A stretch of DNA of 64,000 nucleotides. It comes from Octopus vulgaris. Its lineage: Eukaryota. Positions within the stretch are counted from its first letter, which is position 1. Each line of letters starts with the position of its first letter. Both the position numbers and the translations under genes were made by a program. This document shows, piece by piece, positions 1 through 13,685 of the stretch. Location of the stretch: the NCBI GenBank assembly GCA_951406725.2, contig OX597825.1, positions 21,514,001 through 21,578,000 on the forward strand, read 5' to 3'. Below the pieces are notes generated by a model that saw only the letters and a program-made list of their open reading frames with translations, was not told where the DNA came from and ran no database searches.

Positions 1-248
1 TCTAATGCCAAATATGCCGAAAAATTGGACATAATGTCCATTAACCATATAATTTATATATAGACATATATACATACATAAACACACGCACACACATATA
101 TATGATAGCTCGGCTGGTCGATACTTCGAAGTCACTGTCAATATTATATTTGTTGAAGAATGTACACTACCAAAAATTTTGAGTAATCTTTTAGCTTAGT
201 GTAAGATTGTTTTTATTGAAACATAAAAATAAACATTGATACACACGC

Positions 249-319
<71 letters not shown>

Positions 320-1320
320 AGTGTGTAAGTATGTATATATGTGTGTATATACATGCATGTATATACACATGTATATTTGTCATCGATAGGAGAATTACAA
401 AAGCCTAGAGTTTTGTGCTAAGCACTGATCAAGTTATATACTACTTATATAGGAAATTCTCTTTGTGGAGTTGTAAGTTAACGTCTACATCGTATTATCA
501 ATTTTGATGAAACTTGACAGGTGAATAGAACTCATGTCTGGAAACCTCATGTCATACTCAGATTGTTGAAAAAATATCGAAAATAGGGCCTCTGGAAGGG
601 ATCCTGATATATATCTAATAATTTCTTTTAACAGCCAAGGGAAATAAGCCATTCGCCCCGTGAAGGGATCCTTATATATAGCCAAGTGAAATAACCCATT
701 CATTTTCCTAAATTATTTGGTATAAATCAAATTGAGCATGCTTATTTCTTAGTATTTGAACTGTTAGTGTTATTTTCGTAATTTATCCAGTACAACCAAT
801 AAACAAGTAAATAGTATTTCCCTAAACAATAGATTCACTTATTTCGGTGAGTCACTTATTCATGAATATAACAGCACTAGCGCCACCAAGGGTAATATTC
901 TCTGGGAATGCACAAAAGCCCTTTTTAGAGTTATTTACTTTGAATTGTTATTATCTCACATCTGATTAGCCTGTTATTACGTAACATGCTTCCCGATTTT
1001 AGTATACATACGTTATTAGTATTTCCTCCTGAGCTCTATATACTTGGGAAACGCATTAAATCCAATCTTGTTTGAGATTCGAGTTCAAGAGTATAGCGAC
1101 TCTTGAACACAAATTACGTGCTGCATTGGAATACTCCTATATTCCACACTTTCAGAATCGTAATACGCACACACACCCATGCACACACGCACGCACGCGC
1201 GAACACACACACACTATCTCTCTCACTGTCTACTTCTCTTTACCTCTCACCTCACCACAATTATTAATGCACATCTATTTGTGCATGTATATTTCTACAA
1301 ATATGTATGTATACACAGAT

Positions 1321-1515
1321 GCATCATCATCATCATCATCATCATCGTTTAGCGTCCGTTTTCCATGCTAGCATGGGTTGGACGGTTCTACTGGGGTCTG
1401 TGAAGCCAGAAGGCTTCATCAGGCCCAGTCAGATCAGGCAGTGTTTCTACGGCTGGATGCCCTTCCTAACGCCAACCACTCGGTGAGTGTAGTGGGTGCT
1501 TTTTACGTGCCACCC
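1321..1515 (-). mobile_element. 3' part of an RTE-related SINE with (GAT)n tail
   Basis: Minus strand reads ...GGTTGGCGTTAGGAAGGGCATCCAGCCGTAGAAAC...AACCCATGCTAGCATGGAAAACGGACGCTAAACGATGATGAT. The AGGGCATCCAGCCG motif is typical of RTE-derived SINEs; family assignment is from recall. Confidence 0.6.
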
Positions 1516-1782
1516 GCATATACACATAAAAGCATTCCTACACACACAATTATTTATATTTGCCTACATATGTACAGATCTTTGCAAGTGGTTGTATAAA
1601 TCCAGATGCACACCTTTAAATATATAAAATATCTTTAGTTTTGGACGTATTTACCAATATTTGCACGTGTGTGTGTGTGTATGTGTGTGTGCATGTATAT
1701 CAAGACGTGCAGCCGTTAATCCAGTTACAATTCTGTCTCCCATTTGTTTTTTTTTTCTCCATCTGTTTTCTTCCCTCATTCC

Positions 1783-1816
1783 TTTCTGAAGAAGAGCATA
1801 GGCTCAAAACGTCAAA
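1783..1816 (+). ncRNA. Degenerate minimal hammerhead motif (family of 57396), G12 mutated
   Basis: TTT-CTGAAGA-A-GAGC-atag-GCTC-AAAA-CG-TC-AAA. Confidence 0.5.
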
Positions 1817-2074
1817 AACTCTTTTAATTTTCCTGAGCGTCAAAATAATATACCTTCTATGTTGTTCCCTCACCTGTTTTTGTCTTTGTTTTTCGTTTCT
1901 TTGGAACAATTTGGAAATGCGTATGTATATATGTATGCATATATATGTATATATGGAAAACAAGATATTTTATTCCACATGGGTAGAAGTATATTTTTCC
2001 TATATACAAACATATATATATAAGCGCGACGTATTTTTCTAACGGCCATTTCTCTCTTTTTTTTTCATATATAG

Positions 2075-2220
2075 CGTTGGAACAACGTGTTCGGATGTCT
2101 ATCAAACAGAATATAACATGTTTCTTCGAAGCAGACCAACGCTGGCATCCTGCTTGGACTGTATGGTACCCGTTTTTACACCCGTTTGGCTATTCCACCT
2201 GTGCTCTTTGTTCATGCCTG
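2075..2220 (+). CDS. chrd: Chordin/Sog coding exon: N-terminal half of cysteine-rich domain CR3 (VWC); upstream exons lie outside the window
   Basis: Polypyrimidine tract plus AG acceptor (ttttttcatatatag) and GTAAGG donor; phase 1 in, phase 0 out. Translates xLEQRVRMSIKQNITCFFEADQRWHPAWTVWYPFLHPFGYSTCALCSCL, matching the chordin CR3 pattern CxFxxDxxW-x5-WxPxxxPFGxxxCxxCxC. Confidence 0.9.
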
Positions 2221-2524
2221 GTAAGGTTATATTTTATATAGAGATGGCATTAATTTGATACTCTTACACTCATTTCATTTTATTATTGATCTTGTTACCT
2301 TTTTCTTCTTCTTCTTCTTCTTCTTCTTCTTCTTCTTCTTCTTCTTCTTCTTCTTCTTCTTCTTCTTCTTCTCCTTCTTCTTCTTCTCCTCCTCTCTCTC
2401 TATATACAATTATATGCACGCATACATAAACACATATATTTATATATATCCGTGTCTGTGTGTGTGTAGAGAGAGAGAGAAGAGGTGTACTCTCGCACAG
2501 GAAAAAATATAGGAGAATTTTTTT

Positions 2525-2945
2525 TCATCAACATGACCATCCAGTGTTTTAAGTCCGGGTTGTGTCCCCGTTAACGGGGGTGGCCGGATCTACATCAATG
2601 CCATAGCAACCGCCCTCACACCATCTCGCCATCTTGACCGGTTTTGGGCGTCCTCTCTTCTCAAGCCAACCCTCCTTATCTCCTTCTCCACCTGCCCCCT
2701 CCACATCTTCCTCGGTGTATCTCGCTTTCTCGGTCCATTTACCGCAAACTCAAGCACTCTCCTCAGAGCATGCTCCTCATCTCTCCTCAACACATGCCCA
2801 TACCGCCGCACTCCATTCGCCCTTGCCAGCCGTTCCACCGATTCCTCCAACCCTAGCATCTCCATCAGGTATTCAGTCCTTCTCTTATCAGACAGCTTCA
2901 CTCCACACACTTCTCTCACCATTGCTCTCTCTCTTGGTCCTTTGG
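2525..2945 (-). mobile_element. RTE-clade LINE, 5'-truncated 3' end (pseudogenic ORF C-terminus)
   Basis: ORF 2590-2922 contains RRYGHVLRR...GPRKRDTPRKMW...AQNRSRWR, the RTE C-terminal motifs, followed by a short hairpin 3'UTR. Confidence 0.85.
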
Positions 2946-4467
2946 GATTTGAAAATGCACCCGAATGTCAAAACGTGTGGTCATTTTAAGTAAAATTGGG
3001 AATAACATGTTTCACGATCAAATTTTCAAATGTTCACAGAAATTTCAATGAGTTTCACAGTGACAGACAGTAATATAAGTTTAAATGATCTATGAAGATC
3101 TTAACGAATATATGTGATTGAAAGTTAAGTCATATTGAGTTTTTATTTAAAATATAAAAATAATAGAAAGAAGAGAAAAAGATGAAGAGAAAGAAGTCTT
3201 TTTACAATTTCTGTCATGATGCATATACTACGACTAAAGTTGAGTAAGAACTTCTTCATGTAGGAGTCTTTCTCGGTCTTGCGTGGACAGCCATCATCAC
3301 TATGTATATCGGTGCTATTATGCAAAAGTGTCGTAACTCCAAAACGTTGCTTTTTCAGAAAACGAAAAAATAGTTTGATGATTCCGTAGCAAAACCGCTG
3401 TACTAAACTTTGACGAAATTTTTTTATATCTTGGCATCTAAAAAAACTGGAGATACGATAGATTGACTGAAAGAACCAGCAATTGCAAAGAAAAATAAAT
3501 CTTGAAAAACAAAAAAAAAGAAAGAAAAACGTATTTGGACATATGACAGATGAGCATAATAACAACGATATGTGTAGTATGGTTTTGGAAGATATTTTGG
3601 TTAGCAGCAAGTCTAACGACTCTAAAATATATATATATATATATTTAACGCTACTATTCCTAACTGAAAGTGACTCTCTTCAATAAGCCAAATAAAAACT
3701 TAGATTGTATCTCTAGATTCTCTATCCAACCACTTTCAGACAAGAATAACGTTGCTAAAAGCCTATCTATTAGAGTGTCTACCCATTTTTGCTCTCACCA
3801 GAATATCTTCTAAAAGCATGCCGAATATTACAGCTCAATCTTTAAAAGAAGTAAAGAAGTGATTATGAAATTGCAGCAACTGTGATGATTAATTGCTTAC
3901 AGAGCAATATGGAGTGGCGGCAGTAGTAACATAGTTATGTATGGTCATTGTTATATATGCTGTGGAAAACTTGTTAACAAAAATATTTTAAATGTGAATA
4001 AATATCTTGGTTTAACGAGTTTTTAAAAATTTATTTATCACCCGACGGGGTGCGCCTGCACCACCGGATACTCCTGAACCAGTTTTTGTGTCTCACAAGA
4101 GGAATCGATGCTAGATGTGTCGAAACAATTGCTGTGATTAATAATATATTCTCGTATATTCCATATATGCGTGTCAGTGTGTTTGTGCGTGTGTGTGGAG
4201 GTGTATCGCATATATGATCGTCAAATTGTGGTTTCAATTCCTGGCCGGGGCAATATATCCTGTTCTGGAGCAAAACACTCAAATTTCACATTGCTATGGT
4301 CCACTCATCTAGTAAAAATGAGCAACCATCCAAGTAACCAGCATCCCGTCCAGGGTGATGTTGCGATATATACGTTACAGAACCCGGGCACCAACTTTTC
4401 CAGCATCTGGCTCGGGAAGGTTCCTTGAGCTGAATGCATGTCTGTATATATGGTATATACGTATGTA

Positions 4468-4556
<89 letters not shown>

Positions 4557-4589
4557 GTGTGTGTATATATATATGTATATATGTATATG

Positions 4590-4636
<47 letters not shown>

Positions 4637-4747
4637 GCGTATATATATGTATATATATATATGTATATATATATATGCGTATATATATGTATATATATAT
4701 ATGTATATATATATGTGTATATATATATGTATATGTATGTGTATATC

Positions 4748-4798
<51 letters not shown>

Positions 4799-4857
4799 AT
4801 ATATATAAATATATATGGATATATATGTTTATATATATGTGTATATATGTATATATG

Positions 4858-4912
<55 letters not shown>

Positions 4913-5575
4913 TGTATGTTTGTATATATATGTAAACAGAGTTAGCAGTCATAGTAACCGAGTAAAGGATAGAATACCCGTATATACTATCGGTGTCCCT
5001 TACCTGTATTGTTCCCGGGCATTGGTGTGCATACACGTAGAGTGCAGAGAGCAACAGGATAAACAAGAGTTTATCAGGAGTTTCAATTTTTTATCGTGTT
5101 TTATTTTTGTCGTGTGTCGACTTCTCTTATTTTCTATTTTTTTTGTCAACGAATTTCTCTCTATGATGCAGCATCGTATATCACCGCACCTTTGAATGAC
5201 TGGACCCCCACCACATTCTGTCGCCACAACTCTCATGCAAATAGCACAAGAATCGGCCATTCTCTAAAATGTGTTTAATGTTTCGAGACGAATGAATTCA
5301 TTGGCATTTTTTTTCGTCTACCTCATTTTAACATTTTCTTTGAATTTAGAATCCGCACCAGACCACTTATCCATTCTCTTCTATTCAGTATTTCTTTCCC
5401 TCTCTCTCTCTTTCTTTCTCTCTCTCATTCTTTCTTTCTTTTTTCTTTTTTTCTTTTTTTCTTTTTTCTTTGTTTGTTTGTTTCTTTCTTTTTCTCATTG
5501 TTCTTTTGGTGTTATTTTCTTTTAAGTTAGTTATTTCAAACACTACCCTCTATCGCCATGTTGTTGTTTGTGTGT

Positions 5576-5663
<88 letters not shown>

Positions 5664-6105
5664 TGCTTAATTTTTATTGAACTCTACTTTAGATTCTAAC
5701 TCTGTCCAAGTTAACCTTGTTAATAAATATCCTTGTTGAAATAAATAAAAGAAAAGAAAAGTATATTTATATAAATTTATATAAAACTCAAAATGAAAAA
5801 TAGACAGAACAACAAAAGATTGTAAAATACCCATAATTCCTACACATGCTCCTAAAAAAAATGCAAAGATTGGAGTTGGCTGTGGTTCTATATCGGTGAA
5901 GAATTCTGAAGTTTGTTTCCTAATCCAAATGCATTGAATTCTCGATAGCTCCATCCATGTGTAACATAAATAAAATAAAGTTTGCTTTCTAACGATATGG
6001 TTGTGGGTTCAGTCCTGATGTTTGGCACCCTGGTGTCTTCTACTATAGACCCACGCTGACCCAAACCTCGTGAATAGATTTGGTAAACAGAAATTGAAAG
6101 AAGCC

Positions 6106-6264
6106 TGAGTGACTGTGTGGTACGTAGCTTGCTTACCAACCACATGGTTCCGGGTTCAGTCCCACTGTGTGGCACCTTGGGCAAGTGTGTTCTACTATAG
6201 TCTCGGGCCGACCAAAACCTTGTGAGTGGATTTGGTAGATGGAAACTGAAAGAAGCTCGTCGTA

Positions 6265-6337
<73 letters not shown>

Positions 6338-6544
6338 CTGTGTTTGTTCGCCCCACCCCAACATCGCTTGACAACCGATGCTGGTGTGTTTACGTCCCCG
6401 TAACTTAGCGGTTCGGCAAAAGAGACCGATAGAATAAGTACTAGGCTTGCAAAGAATAAGTCCCGGGGTCGATTTGTTCGACTAAAGGTGGGGCTCCACT
6501 ATGGCCGCAGTCAAATGACTGAAACAAGTAAAAGAGTAAAAGAG
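6106..6544 (+). mobile_element. tRNA-headed CORE-like SINE with internal (TA)/(TG) microsatellite (family A)
   Basis: A/B-box-like head (GTGGCTGTGTGG...GGTTCAGTCCC), CORE-like CACCTTGGGCAAGTG, tail GCTCCA..ATGGCCGCAGTCAAATGACTGAAAC(AAGAGTA)n. More than 15 full or partial copies in the window. Confidence 0.85.
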
Positions 6545-8380
6545 TATATGCATGTGTGTGTGTGCGTTTATGCGTGTGAGTGTGTGTGTATGTGTGTATA
6601 TGTGAGTGTGTGTGTGTCTGTGTGTGTATGAATTTGTTTTTGCCTGTCCCTACCACGACTACTTGAAAACCGGTGTTCGTTTGTTTAAGTGCCCGTAATT
6701 TGGCGGTTCGGTATAAGAGACGGATCGAATAAATACGGGGCTTAAAACAAGAAAGTAATGAGATCGAAACGTTTTACTAAAAATTCTTCAAGATGGCATC
6801 CCGACGACAACCACAGTTCAATGACTGAATATATATATAACAAAAATACGTATAGAGAAAAATGACAACTTTAATTGTAGAAATCACCTTATAAAGCCGA
6901 CTTTGTTTCTATTGTATTAACGTATTTAGATGTAGAAAATAGTATTGAAATCAATATTTCTGAAAATATAAATTAACACCAAGTTTTCAAGGCGATCCAA
7001 AATTAGATAAATTCAAAATGATATAAGGAAGTACTCACAAAATGAATGTTAAGAAGAAATATAATCTAAGAAATTTTTGCATTTCACCGTTGGTGACGTC
7101 AGTGGATAAATAGACACGAAGTCTACGTAACGACAATTAGAAATAGATTTTACATCACGACAATTATCCATTTATTAAATAGAGTAAACGTTTTAGAAAA
7201 ATATATACTTATATAATATATGAAAATCAATTATAATTAAGAATTAAAATAATTATATGTCTTTCGAAATTTGTGGCAACGTTTCATTTGTAAAACTCCC
7301 ATTAAAATCTAATTAAATTAATTTAGAATTAATTATATAATACATTTCTTCAAGGCAAAAATCACATGTAGAATTGTCAATATTGTACGATGGTACGTAA
7401 CTAATAATGGACCTCTTTAAACCATATTTAATGTCCTATCTTTTAGATCCCAAATTAATTTACCAAGGGCTGTAGAGGTATCTTTTCTTTGCTGAAATGA
7501 ATGAAAATGATTATGAAATCTTGATTTCCAAATTTTAGCAGATGAACCAATTTAATAATATTTACGATCTCCTGTTATTACCTGACACTATATAAAGTTT
7601 TTGTATTCAACCACTGGAAGTTTACCTGAGACTATCGCAGCAGCGCACACACACACACAAATAGAGAATCGGGGAATATCTCAACTCTAAAGCTACATGC
7701 AAACACACATGCATACACACAAACACACAAAGAGTCACACACGCGATTTAATAATGGATATTGGCTTCAAATTTTGGCATAAGGCCTGAAAATTTCGAGG
7801 GGGGGCTAAGTCAGTTAGATCGACCCCAGTGCTCGACTGGTACTTTTTGTGTCGACCCCAAAAAGATGAATAGCAAAGTCGACCCTGTCGGAATTTCAAC
7901 TCAGAACATAAAGACGAGCAAAATGTCTAGTGACTTTTTGCCCGGCGCGTTAGCGATTCTAAAGTAAGTACCAGTTGTGTATTGGTGTCGATGTAATCGA
8001 CCCACGTCCTCTCTCTGGTTGGTGCCAAAATTTGAAATCAATATCAGGTTTTGTACTCACCTAATTCTTTATTCGAAAGCGTACATGTATTGAATTATAA
8101 GATTGGTTATACGTAGGCCAAGGCAAAATCATAAGACGTCTACACACACACGTGTATATATATGTACATATATACATCTATACATCTATATCTACACACA
8201 CACATAACCACTAATATATAGTTGTGAACAAGAACACCTATGATCAAAACAGTGTTAAATCTTTGAATCAGTCACCAATAAAATAATACACAATACTTGT
8301 TGGTGTAATTAGCAATATATTTTGTATGCCTAAAACCTTGATCTTAGCAACAAACACGCAGGAATATACATATCAAACCT

Positions 8381-8446
<66 letters not shown>

Positions 8447-8679
8447 ACAAACATACGTGTGTTCGTGCGCATGTGTATTTGTGGTTTATGTATAATTTTT
8501 AAGTCCACACTCAGAAGTATATATGTATGTATGCGCCTATGCATAAATGTATAGGCGTGAGTCTCTTATAAAAGCTCTTATTTGCATGAAAATTCTTTGA
8601 TCAGGTACGAACTATTCTTTATTATTTTTTCTTTGTTCTGTGAATTTTTTTTTCATTAATTTTCTTTTCTTTCTTTCAG

Positions 8680-8785
8680 ATCGGCAAGAATGCCTGGAAT
8701 TGCACTCCAAGAACTTGTCCTCCTTTAAGTTGTACTGCGACTGTCAACAAGTTTAATATGTCTCATTGTTGTCCGGAATGTTTGA
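8680..8785 (+). CDS. chrd: Chordin exon: C-terminal half of CR3
   Basis: Acceptor ttcttttctttctttcag, donor GTAAGT, phase 0 to 1. Translates [35 protein letters not shown], completing the 10-Cys VWC domain with CCxxC. Confidence 0.92.
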
Positions 8786-8978
8786 GTAAGTCGCATCACG
8801 TTGTAGCACCGTTTCTCTCTTTACCAAAACGTCTTTCATGTTGTTGCTTTGGTCAAACACACACACACACACACACGCATGTACGTATATGTATATCTGT
8901 GTGTATACGAGTATGCGTGTGTACTTATACAAATATGATTGTATACACTTATATATGTGTATATACATGCACAACTAC

Positions 8979-9010
<32 letters not shown>

Positions 9011-9209
9011 ATATATATACATACATACACATATATATATACATACACGTTTGTATATATATATACATATACATCCATATATATATACATACACGTACAT
9101 ATATACATCTATATATAGATGTATATATGCGTGTGTATATATATATAAATACATACATATATATATAGATATACATACACGTACATATATACATCTATAT
9201 ATAGATGTA

Positions 9210-9277
<68 letters not shown>

Positions 9278-9689
9278 ATACACCACCTTTTTAACATATA
9301 CACTTTTTTTTACCTGACAGATCTTGTTTGCTGTTATTTTTCTATTATTCGGATTGCGGTCATGCTACAGCACTGACTGTTGTCAATCATATCAACCGTA
9401 CTATTTCTTTTTGTCTCTTATTTATCTGATCGGTCTCTTTTTGCAGAACTGTTAAGTTATAGGAACATAAATAAACTACCGCTAAGTGTGAAGCGATGAG
9501 GGGTGAACACAACTATAAATACGCATTCGCACACCTACACACACAAACACACACACACATACACACGATGGACTTCCGCATAGTTTCTTTCTACAAACTT
9601 CACTCACCAGGATTTGGCCAGCTTCGATAAGTCTTTTAACCATTCCATCATAACTGCGACTATGTTTTAAGCATTATTTCCTGCTTTTT

Positions 9690-10010
9690 AGGCGGCGAGC
9701 TGGCAGAATCGTTAGCACGTCGGGCGAAATGCTTAGTGGTGTTTCGTCTGCCGCTACGTTCTGAGTTCAAATTCCGCCGAGGTCCACTTTGCCTTTCATC
9801 CCTTCGGGGTCGATAAATTAAGTACCAGTTACGTACTGGGGTCGATGTAATCGACTTAATCCCTTTGTATGTCCTTGTTTGTCCCCTCTGTGTTTAGCCC
9901 CTTGTGGGTAATAAAGAAATAGGTATGAAGTACCAGTTGTATCCTGGGGTCGATCTAATCGACTGACCCACTCCCCCAAAATTTCGGACGTTGTCCCTAG
10001 ATTAGAAAAG
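9690..10010 (+). mobile_element. tRNA-headed SINE family B (Meta/MESC-like core), composite two-tail copy with 17-bp TSD
   Basis: Head AGGCGGCGAGCTGGCAGAA...GAGTTCAAATTCC and core GCCTTTCATCCCTTCGGGGTCGATAAATTAAGTACCAG. TSD ATTATTTCCTGCTTTTT at 9673 and 10011. The core name is from recall. Confidence 0.8.
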
Positions 10011-10180
10011 ATTATTTCCTGCTTTTTTTTAACTAGACTATTGTTGTTTTTTTGGTTTTTTTTTTGCTAGTCTCTCAGAGTAATACTGATCAATCAGAAT
10101 ATTCTATCTTTTCGTGTGCAAGAATACATAATTATTTGCTGGAATATTCATTGCCGAAATCGATGGAGAGGCTATTTATG

Positions 10181-10223
<43 letters not shown>

Positions 10224-10660
10224 CAGCCATACTCTCATTGTACATCAATATAACTATATCTGTATCTCCATATTTGGATATATGCAGACACACACTCACA
10301 CATCTATATATGTATATATGTGCAGACTGAGTGTCTGGCAGTTTATTTGCTTCATGTTATCATCCTCTGCCGGTTATCGTTATCGAAAAGGATTTGTTCT
10401 ATGTGATTTATAATAAAAGATTTTAATTATATATGTATCTCTACTAAGAAATTTGGCCGTTCCTGAATACTGAATATTAACGCACGGTGATGTTTTTTGT
10501 TGGTGTAAAAATTTGAACAGACTCTACATTATGTATTAAGTACCATCTCTGAATTACAAACTCTTCAACTATATATACATAGATACTTCTAATATAGTCA
10601 CTTGATCATATGAAATGTAGACTGTACTGATTTTTTTTACCCATGTTTTTCTTTGACCAG

Positions 10661-10726
10661 ATACGAACAAGCCAACTGACGCTTCAGACACCGCTTTAGT
10701 ATTGAATGATAAAAATATGGATGGAG
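10661..10726 (+). CDS. chrd: Chordin exon: CR3-CR4 linker (66 bp, symmetric phase 1-1)
   Basis: Acceptor gtttttctttgaccag, donor GTAATT. Open frame (N)TNKPTDASDTALVLNDKNMDG(A) is phase-compatible with both neighbours and gives the roughly 20-aa linker expected between CR3 and CR4. Confidence 0.75.
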
Positions 10727-11575
10727 GTAATTATCATAATCTATTACATTAATATTATAAAACTTCGGAAGGGTGTCGTCTGTTAGAAATATTTTACAGG
10801 CAGGAAATAAGTAACGCATAATATATTTGAACGTTTATGAAATTCTGTATTCAGATTCCACTAGGATTAACTCTACATTTTATCCCCTTGGTCTTAGAAT
10901 CGATAAATAATGATTAAATATAGGGGCAATTACAGTTCCCTGTCCTTCTTAACTATAAACGGTTTCTCTTGAATACGTATTCAGTGTCATCAAAGGCTGG
11001 GTTCCTTGTAAAAATGTATTATCCGACATTGTCTTTATAGATGTTATGACAACCTCTACTCATTAGAGCTTATCATTATTATCGTACTTTCTTTTATGTA
11101 CTCACCTATCACTCTCATATAATTTTTCTATATATACTCGTTTCACCTTTACCATTTTACTTATATGGTGGAGCTGCAACACAAAGTAAGCAATATCCAT
11201 GTATCCCCGGGTATTGGTTGGGAGTAACAATATCCTCTCATGTGGCGATTTTACACGCACACACACTCAAACACACATATGTATATGTATGTGAACACAT
11301 GCATATATGAATGACAAACGTGCAGGAATTACGTAATCACTTCTGTTAGGATACAAATGTTTCTGGTCAATAAGCTGTAATCTAAAAGCCGAGTGCTTCT
11401 GCAACATCCGGTAGCTTCCTCGGAACCTTTAAAATCAAGTGTAATATTCTTTTCATTCTTTTGTCATTCATTAATTGATGTTATGCTTTCTACTCGTATA
11501 ACGCTCTATTCTAAAGTATAAATATATTGAGATCTAACAACTGGTTATTAGTAACACTATGCCTAAGTAAAATCA

Positions 11576-11606
<31 letters not shown>

Positions 11607-11633
11607 GTTTACACACAAATGTATACATATTAC

Positions 11634-11850
11634 AGAAGAACCACCTTGTAGCAATTCAACAATGATATACTTAAATCATACCATATAGAAAAAATTAAAG
11701 ATACAATAAAACATTTACCTAGAACTAAATAAAGTGCGAAATTGTTGAATTGCTCCATGGTGGTTCTTTTCTAATTTATATATATGTATCATATATTGTG
11801 AAATTTGATTTAGTATTACTAAATTGAATTTTTCCCTGTAAGTTTGGAAT
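11634..11850. repeat. Short fold-back element (30-bp arms) with a tail shared with the 39.4-kb element
   Basis: AGAAGAACCACCTTGTAGCAATTCAACAAT (11634) is inverted at 11741-11770; the reverse complement of 11820-11850 matches 39444-39475. Confidence 0.6.
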
Positions 11851-11888
11851 CACACATATATATAAATATATACATATATATATGCATA

Positions 11889-12106
11889 CACGAAGAGGTA
11901 CTGAAAAGTTTCAGGCACTTTAAGGGTATCTCGAAAGGCTTGGTTTGAGGCCCAACCGTCCGTGTTCTTTTGAGGGCTCATAAAACATGAAGGATTGCTG
12001 CAATAAGCGTGTGAATCTGAGAGGCGAATATGTTGACTAAAATAATTAACTGATCCTCCTTATTTTCTTTTACCTAAAGTCAGGAACTGTTCACCACCCG
12101 CTCGTA
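11889..12106 (+). mobile_element. Mariner-derived MITE
   Basis: Imperfect TIRs CGAAGAGGTACTGAAAAGTTTC / CAGGAACTGTTCACCACCCGCTCG-TA; internal remnant of the mariner C-terminus (CNKRVNLRGEYVD*). Confidence 0.65.
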
Positions 12107-12353
12107 TGTGTGTGTGTGTGTGTGTGTGTGAGGTGTTCGTGTATGAACACTGTCAGCTCTCTCAAGAAATATCTACAAAATTTTTTTAAAGTTTACTAAT
12201 TAACTAATAAAAAAGAAATTCCTTTATGAACTGGCTTCAAACCAGACAATGAATTTTCTGAGCGGTAATGGACATCGACATTGGATGAATTAAAGTGTAA
12301 AATCGATGAATTTCTGTACGCCACTGCGAGCAGAAATAAAACTGTTTATAGTT

Positions 12354-12746
12354 TACTCTTTTACTTTTTACTTGTTTCAGTCATTTGACTGCGGCCATGC
12401 TGGAGCACCGCCTTTAGTCGAGCAAATCAACCCCAGGACTTATTCTTTGTAAGCCCAGTACTTATTCTATCGGTCTCTTTTGCTGAACCGCTAAGTGACG
12501 GGGACGTAAACACATCAGCATCGGTTGTCAAGCAATGCTAGGGGGACAAACACAGACACACACACATACATATATATATACATATATACGACAGGCTTCT
12601 TTCAGTTTCCGTCTACCAAATCCACTCACAAGGCATTGGTCGGCCCGGGGCTATAGCAGAAGACACTTGCCCAAGGTGCCACGCAGTGGGACTGAACCCA
12701 GAACCATGTGGTTGGTTAGCAAGCTACTTACCACACAGCCACTCCT
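12354..12746 (-). mobile_element. SINE family A, near full length
   Basis: Reverse-complement match to 6106-6544 and 35210-35620. Confidence 0.85.
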
Positions 12747-13080
12747 AAAGATTATTTATGAAGTTTTCCTGCAATTAAATTCTTCCCTGCATGTGTTTCT
12801 TTTTTGTTTTTCTTTTATTTTTAATAACTACACCAACTGATATATGTACATTGAAGAATAACTGGCCCTTAAAATCTAAATCCAAATCATTTAGAATTAA
12901 TTGACTATTATTGTATCACTGTACGTCGGTATGTTTTCTAACGTACCCTTAAGATAAATCTATAATCGTTTCCAATATTGTGCAATTTAAGTAATGGAGT
13001 AAAGATTTACATTCGCTCAATGCAAAAAGCTCTGTAATAGAGTATGGCTGTTGTATGCTTTGATTCAGTTTTTCGAATTG

Positions 13081-13134
13081 TCTCCATCCTTCCGTCATTC
13101 TCCATCCTTCCGTCATTCTCCATCCTTCCGTCAT
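13081..13134. repeat. 18-bp minisatellite x3
   Basis: TCTCCATCCTTCCGTCAT repeated three times. Confidence 0.9.
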
Positions 13135-13293
13135 TCCGCCTATATTTGTCACTTTTTGTATCTCTCTCTATTTCCCTATAACGTAGAGAGAGGGAGAGAG
13201 AGAGACAGTGAGTGAGAGAGGTAGAGAGAAGGAGAAAGTGAGAGAGAAGGAGAAAGTGAGAGAGAAGGAGAAAGTGAGAGAGAAGGAGAAAGT

Positions 13294-13335
<42 letters not shown>

Positions 13336-13620
13336 AATAGGTGAGTTAGAAAGAGTTAGAAAGATAGAAATATCAGAGCCTGATGGAGAAAGAAAACGTG
13401 TTGACAACACAGAAATGTACCGCTGCCATCATCGGGGTCGATAAATTAAGTACCAGTTGCATACTGGGATCGATTTAATTGACTGCCCCCCCCCCAAAAA
13501 AAATCGGGCCTTGTGCCTAGAGTAGAAAAGATTATTGACATCTGACCTTCATCTTCTCTATCCTTGTCTCACGGTTCATGTTGCTAATTTTTTCTGTATG
13601 TTTTATCTCATAGAAAGAGG

Positions 13621-13685
<65 letters not shown>

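Noticed and set aside
1400-1425. Minus-strand CTGATGA-AGCC-ttct-GGCT
   Set aside because: No GAAA follows the hairpin and it lies inside a SINE, so it is probably a chance match.
2104-2110. Alternative acceptor AAACAG for the CR3 exon (and alternative donor GTAGAT at 17087)
   Set aside because: 2109 lacks a polypyrimidine tract, and 17087 would break phase with the 20263 exon.
3143-3686. 155-aa and 67-aa ORFs in a chordin intron
   Set aside because: AT-biased composition, no recognisable motifs and no phase-compatible role; CR3 is complete without them.
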